A stretch of 63,674 bases of DNA, the filler included, from Nitrospinae bacterium RIFCSPLOWO2_12_FULL_45_22 (GTDB lineage: Bacteria; 2-12-FULL-45-22), in assembly GCA_001803565.1 (NCBI GenBank). It is 5 parts of 5 records of this genome, joined end to end, with 100 filler letters (N's around TTAATTAATTAA, not from the genome) between each part and the next. Parts side by side here need not be neighbours in the genome. Positions count along the whole stretch, not along the records: positions 9,869 to 31,003 come from MHDQ01000120.1; 4 more parts are not named here. One strand, 5' to 3'. The notes below the pieces were generated by a model. The model had not been told where the DNA came from and did not search any database. It was given only the letters and a program-made list of their open reading frames with translations. Both the position numbers and the translations under genes were made by a program. The first letter of the stretch is position 1, and each line of letters opens with the position of its first letter. Positions 10,668 through 20,134 of the stretch are shown in pieces.

Positions 10668-10858
10668 GTAACCGTTCAGCCACCAAGGCACTAAGTCACC
10701 AAGGGGTGGCAAATGAGATGTAAACCCCTCGCAAAAAAGTTCAAATGTCAAAGCTCAAATTTATTTGACATTTCGATTTTAATCTTTTGATTTTAACCAT
10801 TGGCCTTAGTGTCTTTGTGCCTTAGTGGCAGAAAGAAGATACACAGGTGAACGGGTAC
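10668..10858. repeat. Intergenic palindromic repeat (second copy near 35667)
   Basis: CCGTTCAGCCACCAAGGCACTAAGTCACCAAG ... CTTAGTGTCTTTGTGCCTTAGTGGC...GAACGG. Confidence 0.65.
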
Positions 10859-10898
10859 ACTATAACTATGATCTCATCCTGGATTATCCAGTACCTTA

Positions 10899-11099
10899 CT
10901 ATTTGCTGCTGAAGACCTTCAGCATCAGCCCCTTTCAGGGTCAGTAACTAACTGTGCCAGTAACTATGCCAGCGAGCCCGATCAGGCCGATAATCCAGCC
11001 CGAACCACCCCCCACTACAAAGGCCAATATAAGGAGAATAATTCCTAAAACCAGCCTGATCATTTGTTCTATTTTCTCCATATTTTTGCTGATAGCCAT
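10899..11099 (-). CDS. DUF2892/YgaP-like two-TM small membrane protein, candidate selenoprotein (SY-U-P-U)
   Basis: AAGGAGGGAGG RBS; MAISKNMEKIEQMIRLVLGIILLILAFVVGGGSGWIIGLIGLAGIVTGTVSY*P*KGLMLKVFSSK; first TGA (10943-10941) sits at the family's conserved Cys-Pro; SECIS-like hairpin follows. Confidence 0.75.
10905..10929 (-). promoter_or_regulatory. Bacterial SECIS-like stem-loop
   Basis: GCTGATGCTGAA-GGTC-TTCAGCAGC; the GGUC loop starts 23 nt and 17 nt after the two UGAs. Confidence 0.65.
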
Positions 11100-11241
11100 A
11101 ACCCTCCCTCCTTAATTTTGGGTTACTCATAGAAAAGTTTCTCTTTTAACCCACAAAACACCTCTGCCAACTGTAAATAGGCAGTAAGGCGTGAGTAGTG
11201 AAGAGTGATCTCTTAACTACTTACTCCTCACTAGTAATTGA

Positions 11242-11613
11242 TTAAGCTGGCAATAACTTAGCTATAAGGGCCTTAATTTGTTCAATTCCAAAGGGTTTGG
11301 CCAAGAAACCATTCGCAAGGCCTTCGGCAAAAACTTTATCCACTTCATTTACTTTATATCCAGAGATGAGGACAAATGGGATTTCAAGGTTTTGGTTTTT
11401 TACGGCTTTAAGTAGTTCTATCCCGCTCATTTGTGGCATACGGATATCCGAGATGATTAAGTCAACTTCATTCCGGGTCAAGGTTTCTAAAGCCTCCACC
11501 CCATTAGCCGCCATAATGGATTGATAGCCTAAAAAGTTTAATATATCCAATAACAGCTCCCGGATGCCTGGTTCATCATCTACTACAAGAATTTTATATG
11601 GTTTCGTCTTCAT
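11242..11613 (-). CDS. Single-domain response regulator (receiver)
   Basis: ILVVDDE, DLIISDIRMP, ISG, FLAKPF. Confidence 0.92.
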   Translation of the reverse strand: MKTKPYKILVVDDEPGIRELLLDILNFLGYQSIMAANGVEALETLTRNEVDLIISDIRMPQMSGIELLKAVKNQNLEIPFVLISGYKVNEVDKVFAEGLANGFLAKPFGIEQIKALIAKLLPA

Positions 11614-11769
11614 AGTTCCTTTTCTCCCTGCTACACCCTAAGTTTCTATCCTTATACACCACCCTATTTTAGTTGTCAACAAGAAAACTTCCTTGCAACG
11701 TCATTAATACAGAGGTAATATCTCTCTCAAATTAGAGATTAAATTAACCACCTTTGAAAGGTTTCGCTA

Positions 11770-12111
11770 ATGAGATGGAGGAAGCTAACCACATCATTGA
11801 GGCATGCCTTTTTTTCTGGGTCAACTACCGAGATTTTTAACCCTCAGGAGATGGCTCTTTTAGAGAAGATTGCTGGTATTATAAGACGGAGAGGGATGGC
11901 TACGCCAGCGATTATCTTTCTGGAATCAATTGGCCCATTAAATTTCATTGGGGGCCAACTCCTTCATTTCTTGAGCCCTATTCTTGAATTAGCTGGCAAT
12001 CCCTTAGAATTAAAGGAGATAGCCCGGATACTAGAACGTCGTGAAGCCCTGGAAGTACTGATAAGGCTGATAGAAGAAAAGGAGCAGGGGAAGGAATGGA
12101 CAGGGAGTTAA
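11770..12111 (+). CDS. Hypothetical protein
   Basis: 113-aa ORF overlapping the start of the glmL-like gene. Confidence 0.7.
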   Translation: MRWRKLTTSLRHAFFSGSTTEIFNPQEMALLEKIAGIIRRRGMATPAIIFLESIGPLNFIGGQLLHFLSPILELAGNPLELKEIARILERREALEVLIRLIEEKEQGKEWTGS

Positions 12112-13892
12112 GGGTTATCCTGGCTACCGATTGCGGCAGTACTACTACTAAAGCTATCCTGATTGAAAAGATTGGTGAAGAATATCGCCAGACCTGTCGT
12201 GGCGAAGCTCCAACCACCGTAGAAGCTCCCTATGAAGATGTTACCAGAGGGGTTCTTAATGCGATTCAAGAACTAGAAGAGCTTTCTGGCAGGAAGATAC
12301 TGGCCGGAGAGACGATCATTACCCCGGCCCGGGATAATGAAGGGGTTGATATATATCTCTCTACCAGCAGCGCCGGTGGTGGATTACAAATGATGGTGGC
12401 TGGTGCGGTGAAGCATATGACGGCCGAGAGCGCCCAGCGATGTGCCCTGGGCGCTGGCGCTATAGTTATGGATATATTGGCCTCTAACGATGGCCGCATG
12501 GGCTACGAGAAGATCGAGCGGATCAGGCAACTCCGGCCGGATATGATCCTATTATCCGGTGGGACAGATGGTGGTACTATCACCCATGTAGTAGAATTGG
12601 CAGAGTATATAGCTGCGGCCAATCCCAAACCTCGTTTAGGCCACAGCTTTCAATTACCGGTTATCTATGCCGGTAACCGGGAGGCCCGGCCAAAGATCAA
12701 GGAGGTGTTGGGCCAACACACCGCTCTCTATATAACCGAGAATATAAGACCTGTGCTGGAACAGGAGAACCTTCTACCAGCAAGACATAATATCCATGAC
12801 CTCTTCCTGGAACATGTCATGGCCCAAGCCCCTGGCTATAAACAGCTTATGGAATGGGTAGGAGCTCCCCTTATGCCTACACCGGCCGCCGTGGGTAATA
12901 TCATGGAGACTATTGCCCGTAGAGAGGGGATAAATTTGTTAGGGGTAGATATTGGTGGTGCTACTACCGATGTATTCTCTGTCTTTCAGGGCATATTTAA
13001 CCGTACAGTCAGCGCCAATCTGGGTATGAGCTATAGTATATCTAATGTAGTGGCAGAAACAGGTATGGAGAATATTTTGCGCTGGTTACCTTTCCAGATA
13101 GATTCTCGGGAGCTAAGGAACCGGATAAAAAATAAGATGGTTCGCCCTACCAGTATACCACAGACCCTGGAGGAGCTGATGATGGAGCAAGCCATAGCCC
13201 GGGAGGCATTAAGGCTTGCCTTTGAACAACATAAACAACTGGCTGTGGGGCTGAAAGGAGTACAGCAAGAAAGGTCTATTGCTGATGCCTTTGAGCAGCA
13301 GGCTACAGGACAAACCCTGATAGATATGTTTAGCTTAGAGCTGTTAGTAGGTAGCGGTGGGATTCTTTCCCATGCACCCCGCCGGGTTCAAGCAATGCTG
13401 ATGCTTATAGATGCCTTCCAGCCCATAGGAGTTACCAGGCTAGCGGTGGATAGCATCTTCATGATGCCCCAGTTAGGGGTTTTAGCTACGGTCAATGAAA
13501 AAGCAGCACTGGATGTCTTTGCGCGAGATTGCCTGATCCATTTGGGGACATGCGTGGCGCCAAAGGGGAAAGGCCGGGTAGAGGAGAAATGTATGGAATA
13601 TAAGATTAATCTGCCAGGCCAAGCTACTATTGAGAATTCTGTGGTTTTTGGAGAGATAAAGCTTTACCCCCTAAGGCTGGGAGAGGAGGCAGAGATAGAG
13701 GTATTGCCGGGTAAAGGCTTTGACCTGGGGATCGGGAAGGGAAAAAAGCTGAAAAGAAGGGTACCGGGAGGGGTAGTGGGATTGGTGCTGGATGCCCGGG
13801 GGCGGCCTTTAGAATTAGCCAGGGACACAAAAACAAGGATTAATCAACTCCAAAATTGGTGGCAAACACTAGACCTCTATCCCCGGGAGTAG
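12096..13892 (+). CDS. GlmL/MutL (glutamate mutase reactivation factor)-family ASKHA ATPase
   Basis: ATDCGSTTTKA, SSAGGGL, LSGGTDGG, MPTP, VDIGGATTDVFS. Confidence 0.85.
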   Translation: MDRELRVILATDCGSTTTKAILIEKIGEEYRQTCRGEAPTTVEAPYEDVTRGVLNAIQELEELSGRKILAGETIITPARDNEGVDIYLSTSSAGGGLQMMVAGAVKHMTAESAQRCALGAGAIVMDILASNDGRMGYEKIERIRQLRPDMILLSGGTDGGTITHVVELAEYIAAANPKPRLGHSFQLPVIYAGNREARPKIKEVLGQHTALYITENIRPVLEQENLLPARHNIHDLFLEHVMAQAPGYKQLMEWVGAPLMPTPAAVGNIMETIARREGINLLGVDIGGATTDVFSVFQGIFNRTVSANLGMSYSISNVVAETGMENILRWLPFQIDSRELRNRIKNKMVRPTSIPQTLEELMMEQAIAREALRLAFEQHKQLAVGLKGVQQERSIADAFEQQATGQTLIDMFSLELLVGSGGILSHAPRRVQAMLMLIDAFQPIGVTRLAVDSIFMMPQLGVLATVNEKAALDVFARDCLIHLGTCVAPKGKGRVEEKCMEYKINLPGQATIENSVVFGEIKLYPLRLGEEAEIEVLPGKGFDLGIGKGKKLKRRVPGGVVGLVLDARGRPLELARDTKTRINQLQNWWQTLDLYPRE

Positions 13893-14198
13893 TTTCACTG
13901 CATAGGAATTTCTATTTTAATAATGCAGTTTTTCAGTATATCAATCCCGAAAAGAGCAAGAGGGTAGAAGTAAAACAGATAAGATGAACCACAAAGCCTG
14001 TCCTGAGCCCTATCCTTAATAAATATCCTCATATCCCTTAATAGCTACTTAGTCATGGCCTCGGAAGTTTGACACCCTTGCCACAATATTGTGGGAGGGT
14101 GTCAAAGTTGGGTTGACTCAATAGGGTTGAAATTAAATGGCTTTTGCTTTATTATTCGTAAAAGAAGACCAAAGAGAAGAGGGAGTAATTTAATCCAA

Positions 14199-15530
14199 AT
14201 GCTTATTGATAAACCTTTATCCATAGATACTATATTTAAGTACGAAAGACCGCTCGAACAGATTAAGAATATCCTCAATGTGGCAAAAGAACTAATGGAT
14301 GCCAACACAGGGGGCAGCGTAACTATTGCTGTAACTGGCGATTGGGGGAGTGGCAAGACCACCATCTTAAAGGGAATGGAAAGCTTTTTTAGAGACCTAT
14401 GTAGCTTTCCGGTGGTCTTTTTTGAGGTATGGAAGTATCATAAGGAAAAAAATCCTCTGGTCCCTTTAATCCTACAAATAAGAGACTCTTTAAGCCTGAA
14501 GGCCAGTATAAAAGGTAAATTAACGAGGATTGCAAAACCCTTATCTGTGATAGGGCTTAATCTTGCAGACCTTGTCTTAAAACTCTCTACCCAGGATAAG
14601 TTGAGTGTAGGCGGGGTAATGACCATTTTTAAAGAGGTTGAAGATATTCAGGAAAATCTAAAATCTAGATACAAGGATAATATCGAAGCCTTAAGAGGAA
14701 CCATTGGGGATTTAATAAAGAATTATGACCCTGATGTGAACAAGGATCAACCATATAGAACATCCTGGCAGGAGTTGGAGAAAGAGAAAGGAAACCTGGC
14801 CTGGCGCTCCTCGGAGAAAAAAATCTTTGTACTCCTTATAGATGACCTTGATAGGCTTGTTCCCAAAAAAGCATTCGCTGTAATAGAGGAGTTGAGGTTC
14901 TACTTTGATATTGATAATGTCCTGATAGTGATGGGGGTAAACGATAGGATCTTAAATGGCTATGTAGAAAAATACTACGGAATAACAAAGGAAGATCATC
15001 ATCTCATTCATAACAGAGGAGAAAAATTTATAGACAAGATATTTCATTGGAACTTTGAAATACCATTTAGTATGTCAGAGGCAATTCATTTAAGAAGCCT
15101 GGAAACACATCTGGAAGAGAGAGAGTTGGAGGCATTAAAAATCCTCCTTCAAGCTATAGACCATCTACCCCATAGGAGATGGGTAAAATTGGTAAATAGA
15201 ATTGAGAAAAAATGCTCCCTGGCATTCAGCAATGATATATATGAGATTGTATTTGCCGCATTCTTAAAGGAACTATTCCCTGACTTTGAGCTATTCTCCA
15301 GAAGATTCCCTTTAATTACATCCGCTCTATATAACCTGTTTGCTGGTGAAGTATTCCATTTCCTTGACTTTACAAAACGTATAAAAGATCAGGATTATTC
15401 AGAAGGGTTGCCAGAAGAAGTTGTAAGTGCAGTAAAGATAATCTTGGACGACAAAACCTACCTGGACCTCCCTGAAAGGAACATCATTACCTTCCATAGC
15501 CGGATTAGGGGAAAGAAGGAAGAGGTTTAA
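14199..15530 (+). CDS. KAP-family P-loop NTPase
   Basis: IAVTGDWGSGKTT Walker A, FEVWKY, LLIDDLDR Walker B, FIDKIF; ATG 14199 preferred as start. Confidence 0.85.
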   Translation: MLIDKPLSIDTIFKYERPLEQIKNILNVAKELMDANTGGSVTIAVTGDWGSGKTTILKGMESFFRDLCSFPVVFFEVWKYHKEKNPLVPLILQIRDSLSLKASIKGKLTRIAKPLSVIGLNLADLVLKLSTQDKLSVGGVMTIFKEVEDIQENLKSRYKDNIEALRGTIGDLIKNYDPDVNKDQPYRTSWQELEKEKGNLAWRSSEKKIFVLLIDDLDRLVPKKAFAVIEELRFYFDIDNVLIVMGVNDRILNGYVEKYYGITKEDHHLIHNRGEKFIDKIFHWNFEIPFSMSEAIHLRSLETHLEERELEALKILLQAIDHLPHRRWVKLVNRIEKKCSLAFSNDIYEIVFAAFLKELFPDFELFSRRFPLITSALYNLFAGEVFHFLDFTKRIKDQDYSEGLPEEVVSAVKIILDDKTYLDLPERNIITFHSRIRGKKEEV

Positions 15531-15531
15531 T

Positions 15532-16506
15532 ATGCCCCTCAGTTTAGATGAATATTATAGAAGCGGTCATCTCTATCTTGAGTCAGAGAGAGGGAGAGAG
15601 GAGGTCTTTACCCTTTTAGCGAAGGAGCTTGAAACCAGCCTTAAGGAAAATAGATGGAGAAAGGCTCTATGGGTAGCAGATAATATATATGATTTTGTGA
15701 AGAAGAGTAATCTGATCTATGCCAATTTTGACCTCCCAAATCTCTCCGGGTTGAGACAAGAGAGTGATGAGATCAAAAAAAGTGCCCTTAAATTTTTAGG
15801 AGAGAAAGATAATATCAAATTATTCAAAAAAGCAATTGTCAGGATGGACAAGGCATCCTATAAGTCCAGGGTCTTTCTCATCCTCATTAAATACCTGCCA
15901 GAGATAGAGGGCCTTCCCCTGGTACACTTTACGGATCTGTATCTTATGATCTTTAATACCCTCTATTTTCTGGATAAGACCGAGGGGGCAGAGGTAGAGA
16001 GGTTTGATCTGGGCGATATGCTGGTAAGGGCCTCCTTAAGGTATGATTGCCGTGAGATGTGCGCATCCTTTCTGAGTGATCGGAAGCTAAAAGACCTTCT
16101 GGATTCCGAGGAATACAGATATAGATTTACTCCCTATAGAGAGTATGGGAGCAAACTCGTTAAGGCATTGGACAATATGGATAAGAAAAACAAACCTGAG
16201 GTAGCAGTACTTACCCCCTTTGTCTTTACCGATATGCTCTTTTACCTTATTGATGAGCGTTTTGAGGGGCGTCTCAGGAAGGGGTTGATTGAGGGGAAGG
16301 AGAAGATACTCCTGCATATCAGAGAGAGGGTGGATGGCCTGTTTGAGGGTGATGATAAAGAGCTCTTAAAAGAAATGATCTCTTTTCGTATCAGTACAAG
16401 GATAGATGAACTGGCTAAATCTAAACCCTTTGGTCCGGGCTATTCTGTAGCTAAAGAGCTTCCTTTTCAGTTTCAAAATCAGAGGATAGAGAACCTAAAA
16501 GATTAA
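15532..16506 (+). CDS. Hypothetical helical protein co-transcribed with the KAP NTPase
   Basis: 324-aa ORF starting 1 bp after the KAP stop, with GGAAGAGG RBS. Confidence 0.75.
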   Translation: MPLSLDEYYRSGHLYLESERGREEVFTLLAKELETSLKENRWRKALWVADNIYDFVKKSNLIYANFDLPNLSGLRQESDEIKKSALKFLGEKDNIKLFKKAIVRMDKASYKSRVFLILIKYLPEIEGLPLVHFTDLYLMIFNTLYFLDKTEGAEVERFDLGDMLVRASLRYDCREMCASFLSDRKLKDLLDSEEYRYRFTPYREYGSKLVKALDNMDKKNKPEVAVLTPFVFTDMLFYLIDERFEGRLRKGLIEGKEKILLHIRERVDGLFEGDDKELLKEMISFRISTRIDELAKSKPFGPGYSVAKELPFQFQNQRIENLKD

Positions 16507-19500
16507 GGAACCACTCGAACCTCTGGAGATAGAGAGGTGAAAGCGTTGTCCTAGCAACCATATCCTGAAATCCCTTCTTCACCTTTTCTGTGCCAATCCT
16601 TTCAAAGGTCTTATTCCTGATAAAGAAACCGATTATCCCTATCGCAAGTCTTTTATCCTTATCCCAGAATATGTCAAAGACCTCAAGGAAGTCACGGATA
16701 TATCCGGCTATCTCCGGGTAGTCAGGGGGAGAGATACGGGTAGAGGAATCTATTAAAGGGGGTAAGGTTGCAAAAAGATCTTCATAATCCTTCCTCCCTC
16801 TGTAGATATCAAGGGCCTTCTCATAGTATTCTATCGCCCTGGCATAATCTCCTCTGGCTTGATAAACCATTGCCAGATTGTTGTAGGTAGCAGCAGTATC
16901 GGGGTGGTCTCTGCCCAGCCTGGTCTCCCTTATCTTAAGGGCCTTCTCATAGTATTCTATCGCCCTGGCATAATCTCCTTTGGCTTGATAAACCACGGCC
17001 AGGTTGTTGTAGGTAGTGGCAGTATGGGGGTGGTCTTTGCCCAGCCTTGACTCCACTATCTCAATGGCCTTCTCATAGTATTCCATCGCCCTGGCATAAT
17101 CTCCTTTGGCTTGATAAACCATTGCCAGGTTGTGGTAGGTAGCGGCAGTATCGGGGTGGTCTTTACCCAGCCTTGACTCCACTATCTCAATGGCCTTCTC
17201 ATAGTATTCTATCGCCCTGGCATAATCTCCTTTGGCTTGATAAACCACGGCCAGGTTGTTATAGGTTTGGGCAGTATCGGGGTGGTCTTTACCCAGCCTT
17301 GACTCCCTTATCTTAAGGGCCTTCTCATAGTATTCTATCGCCCTAGCATAATCTCCTTTGGCTTGATAAACCACGGCCAGGTTGTTGTAGGTAGTGGCAG
17401 TATGGGGGTGGTCTCTGCCCAGCCTTGACTCCCTTATCTTAAGGGCCTGCTCATAGTATTCTATCGCCCTGGCATAATCTCCTTTGGCTTGATAAACCAT
17501 TGCCAGATTGTTGTAGGTAGTGGCAGTATGGGGGTGGTCTTTACCCAGCCTTGACTCCACTATCTTAAGGGCCTTTCCATAGTATTCTATCGCCCTAGCA
17601 TAATCTCCTTTGGCTTGATAAACCGATGCCAGATTGTTGTAGGTAGCGGCAGTATGGGGGTGGTCTTTACCCAGCCTGGTCTCCTTTATCTTAAGGGCCT
17701 TCTCATAGTATCCTATCGCTATATCATACTCCCCTCTGGCATGATAAACCCCTGCCAGATTGTGGTAGGTAGTGGCAGTATCGGGATGGTCTTTACCCAG
17801 CCTTGACTCTATTATCTTAAGGGCCTTCTCACAGTATTCTATCGCCCTAGCATACTCTCCTCTGGCTTGATAAACCGATGCCAGATTGTTGTAGGTAGCG
17901 GCAAGGTCTTCATCTTCCTTTTTAATCTCTTTAAGGCTTTCCTCAAAGGTTATGAGAAGGTTCTCTGTAACTATCTCACTCAACCCCTCCCATTGAGAAA
18001 GGGTTATGAAGACCTTGAGGAGATATTCTTCTATGTTTCTATCCATTGTCTCCTGATGGTAAGTTGTAAAGATAGAAAGGATGTTCATCAGGTCGTATGG
18101 GGTCAAGCCCTCTTTATCTCCTCCTAAGATATGGAGGAGTTTGTCCTTCAGTAGGGTTAGACCTTCTGCCCGGAAGTCACCTTTGAAGTAGGACTTTATG
18201 ACCTGATATGGCAGGTAGTGGTCAGCAAGCCTCTTCAGGATAAGGAGTCTCTCTGTAAGGAGGGAGATAAACCCTGCCTCAAAGAGGTGGTTAAGGAGGG
18301 TCTTGGAAAAGGGATATTCCAGGGAGAAGAGCCTCTCTGTTTCTTTTCTGTTACTTTCAAAATAGGGCCGGTAAAACTCAAGGACTTCTCTTAGCTCCCC
18401 TGTCCCAAAGACCTTGTCCAGTGATATGCCCCTCTTTTCAATCACTGCGGAGAGGGAGAGTGGATGATAGCCATAGAGGGCTACTATGAAGGGTAGATTC
18501 TCTTTGAAGAATGCCTTTTCCTTTTTATCTAAACCCTGGTACAGGAAACCTACTTCGCCATCGCTATATTCACCGATCTCAAGGGTATTCTCAAGGGGTT
18601 GTCTGGTAGAGAGATAGGGCTTCAATCGGCTGGTAAGGATGGTAAAGGCCGTTTTTGTGTTTAAGATTTCGCTTAAAAATCTCTGATACCTATCCCGTAT
18701 TACCCCCTTTTCATCCTGTATGGACTCAAGGTTATCAAGGATAAATAGCCAGGGGGTAGCAATCTTCTCATTCAAAATTCTCCACTTCTTTATAAAGTCC
18801 TTCCCCTCAAGCTCCTCCTTACTTATAATTTCCTCGCGTTTAAACTCCTCAAGGAGCCTCTCCACCAGGGCCTCAGGGGTGTCTATATGTTCTGCTCTCA
18901 GGTCAATAAAAATAATGTGTTTAAACCTGCCCTCAAAAAACTCTGCTAGATAGGCCGCCAGGGTGCTCTTCCCTGCCCCACCGATCCCGTGAAGGACGAG
19001 ATGGTTCTGATCCCCCCCTATCAAATCCGAGGCCTGCCTAACGATACCGTATCTATAGACATAGTTCTTGATAGTCATTGGGGGTCGGTAGATGACCTTT
19101 TTTGCCTTTTCCCTTTTCTCTGCCTCCCCTTTAAGGTCAAAGCCCCCCTTTCCGGCTTTACCGAATACAACGGGTTTCCACCAGTCTATATTAAGCATCA
19201 GCCTCGCATCGTTTAATACATTCTCAATGGTCTCCTCTTTAAAGACCCTCTGGTAAATGAGCCTGGTGGTTTGGGTAGCCAGGTCGTCTCTTACCGGCGC
19301 GAGGTTGGCAATGACCATGGCTGAGTCAATATTTTGGAAGATATTATAGGCGAGGGATGGGGCATAGGGGGAGGGTTTTGCTGTCTCACAGGCATTGAAG
19401 TAGAAGAGGGCTACATTGGCGCCCTCAAAGAGTCTCTTTAGTTCATCTGAAGTAAGGCGCTTCTCTCTTTCATTGTCCTTCTCATCCTCTATCGCCAGCA

Positions 19501-20134
19501 AACCACCCCCGGCACCATGCCCAATAAAGTGGACGATGTGATAGTGCCCTCTCAAGAGCCTCTTCCTCACAGTGGGTAGGTTTACCTTCTCCTCGATATC
19601 TATCTGCACAAGACCCTTTCTCAAGTAATCATCAAGGGCGGTGTATATGGTCTGGAGCTCTCTCAAGGGATCAATGGGATGCTCCTCATAGGTCTCAAGG
19701 GGGAGGGAGAGGAGGGTAAGGATCCTTATAGGTAGTTGGGCTGGGAGTATCTTTTTGTCCAGGGCAGGTATGTCTCTCAGGATAGAGATATTCCCCCTCT
19801 TTAGCAAAAATCCCGTCTCTGTCCTATCATTGTTAATAATCTCAAAGGGGAGGCTATGGAGCTGCGGGTCATTGGATTTGATGGTGATATTCAGGCTGTG
19901 CTGGTCCTTTAGTTCCTCGAGGATAAGGGTGATCCTTTCTCTCCTCTTTGCGGTGGCGAATATGCTATGGAAGAGCTCAAAGCCGTAGGCAATGAGCTCA
20001 CTATCCGGGAGGCGGCCCTCTTTAAGGAGCTTCTCTTGATAATAGGGGCTCAGACTGTAGGCTGTCGGTTCATCACCATCAACCGAGACTGTATCTTTGG
20101 TGATAAAGATATCCATGTTCTTCTTTTCTCCCAT
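16451..20134 (-). CDS. CHAT (caspase-like) protease - STAND/NB-ARC NTPase - TPR protein
   Basis: LPFE, HFIGHG and FNACET His/Cys dyad; GIGGAGKS Walker A, LFILDNLE Walker B; nine 42-aa TPRs. Confidence 0.88.
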   Translation of the reverse strand: MGEKKNMDIFITKDTVSVDGDEPTAYSLSPYYQEKLLKEGRLPDSELIAYGFELFHSIFATAKRRERITLILEELKDQHSLNITIKSNDPQLHSLPFEIINNDRTETGFLLKRGNISILRDIPALDKKILPAQLPIRILTLLSLPLETYEEHPIDPLRELQTIYTALDDYLRKGLVQIDIEEKVNLPTVRKRLLRGHYHIVHFIGHGAGGGLLAIEDEKDNEREKRLTSDELKRLFEGANVALFYFNACETAKPSPYAPSLAYNIFQNIDSAMVIANLAPVRDDLATQTTRLIYQRVFKEETIENVLNDARLMLNIDWWKPVVFGKAGKGGFDLKGEAEKREKAKKVIYRPPMTIKNYVYRYGIVRQASDLIGGDQNHLVLHGIGGAGKSTLAAYLAEFFEGRFKHIIFIDLRAEHIDTPEALVERLLEEFKREEIISKEELEGKDFIKKWRILNEKIATPWLFILDNLESIQDEKGVIRDRYQRFLSEILNTKTAFTILTSRLKPYLSTRQPLENTLEIGEYSDGEVGFLYQGLDKKEKAFFKENLPFIVALYGYHPLSLSAVIEKRGISLDKVFGTGELREVLEFYRPYFESNRKETERLFSLEYPFSKTLLNHLFEAGFISLLTERLLILKRLADHYLPYQVIKSYFKGDFRAEGLTLLKDKLLHILGGDKEGLTPYDLMNILSIFTTYHQETMDRNIEEYLLKVFITLSQWEGLSEIVTENLLITFEESLKEIKKEDEDLAATYNNLASVYQARGEYARAIEYCEKALKIIESRLGKDHPDTATTYHNLAGVYHARGEYDIAIGYYEKALKIKETRLGKDHPHTAATYNNLASVYQAKGDYARAIEYYGKALKIVESRLGKDHPHTATTYNNLAMVYQAKGDYARAIEYYEQALKIRESRLGRDHPHTATTYNNLAVVYQAKGDYARAIEYYEKALKIRESRLGKDHPDTAQTYNNLAVVYQAKGDYARAIEYYEKAIEIVESRLGKDHPDTAATYHNLAMVYQAKGDYARAMEYYEKAIEIVESRLGKDHPHTATTYNNLAVVYQAKGDYARAIEYYEKALKIRETRLGRDHPDTAATYNNLAMVYQARGDYARAIEYYEKALDIYRGRKDYEDLFATLPPLIDSSTRISPPDYPEIAGYIRDFLEVFDIFWDKDKRLAIGIIGFFIRNKTFERIGTEKVKKGFQDMVARTTLSPLYLQRFEWFLNLLGSLSSDFETEKEAL
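16800..17910 (-). repeat. Nine tandem 126-bp coding repeats (TPR)
   Basis: Unit about TATTYNNLAxVYQAKGDYARAIEYYEKALKIxESRLGKDHP, nearly identical at DNA level. Confidence 0.92.

Noticed and set aside
10948-11130. 60-aa ORF from the track (MSNPKLRREG...)
   Set aside because: It overlaps, in another frame, the DUF2892-like gene that has the RBS and membrane-protein pattern
16800-17910. Regular repeats as a possible CRISPR array or DGR
   Set aside because: In-frame 126-bp coding TPR units with no unique spacers, no cas genes and no reverse transcriptase
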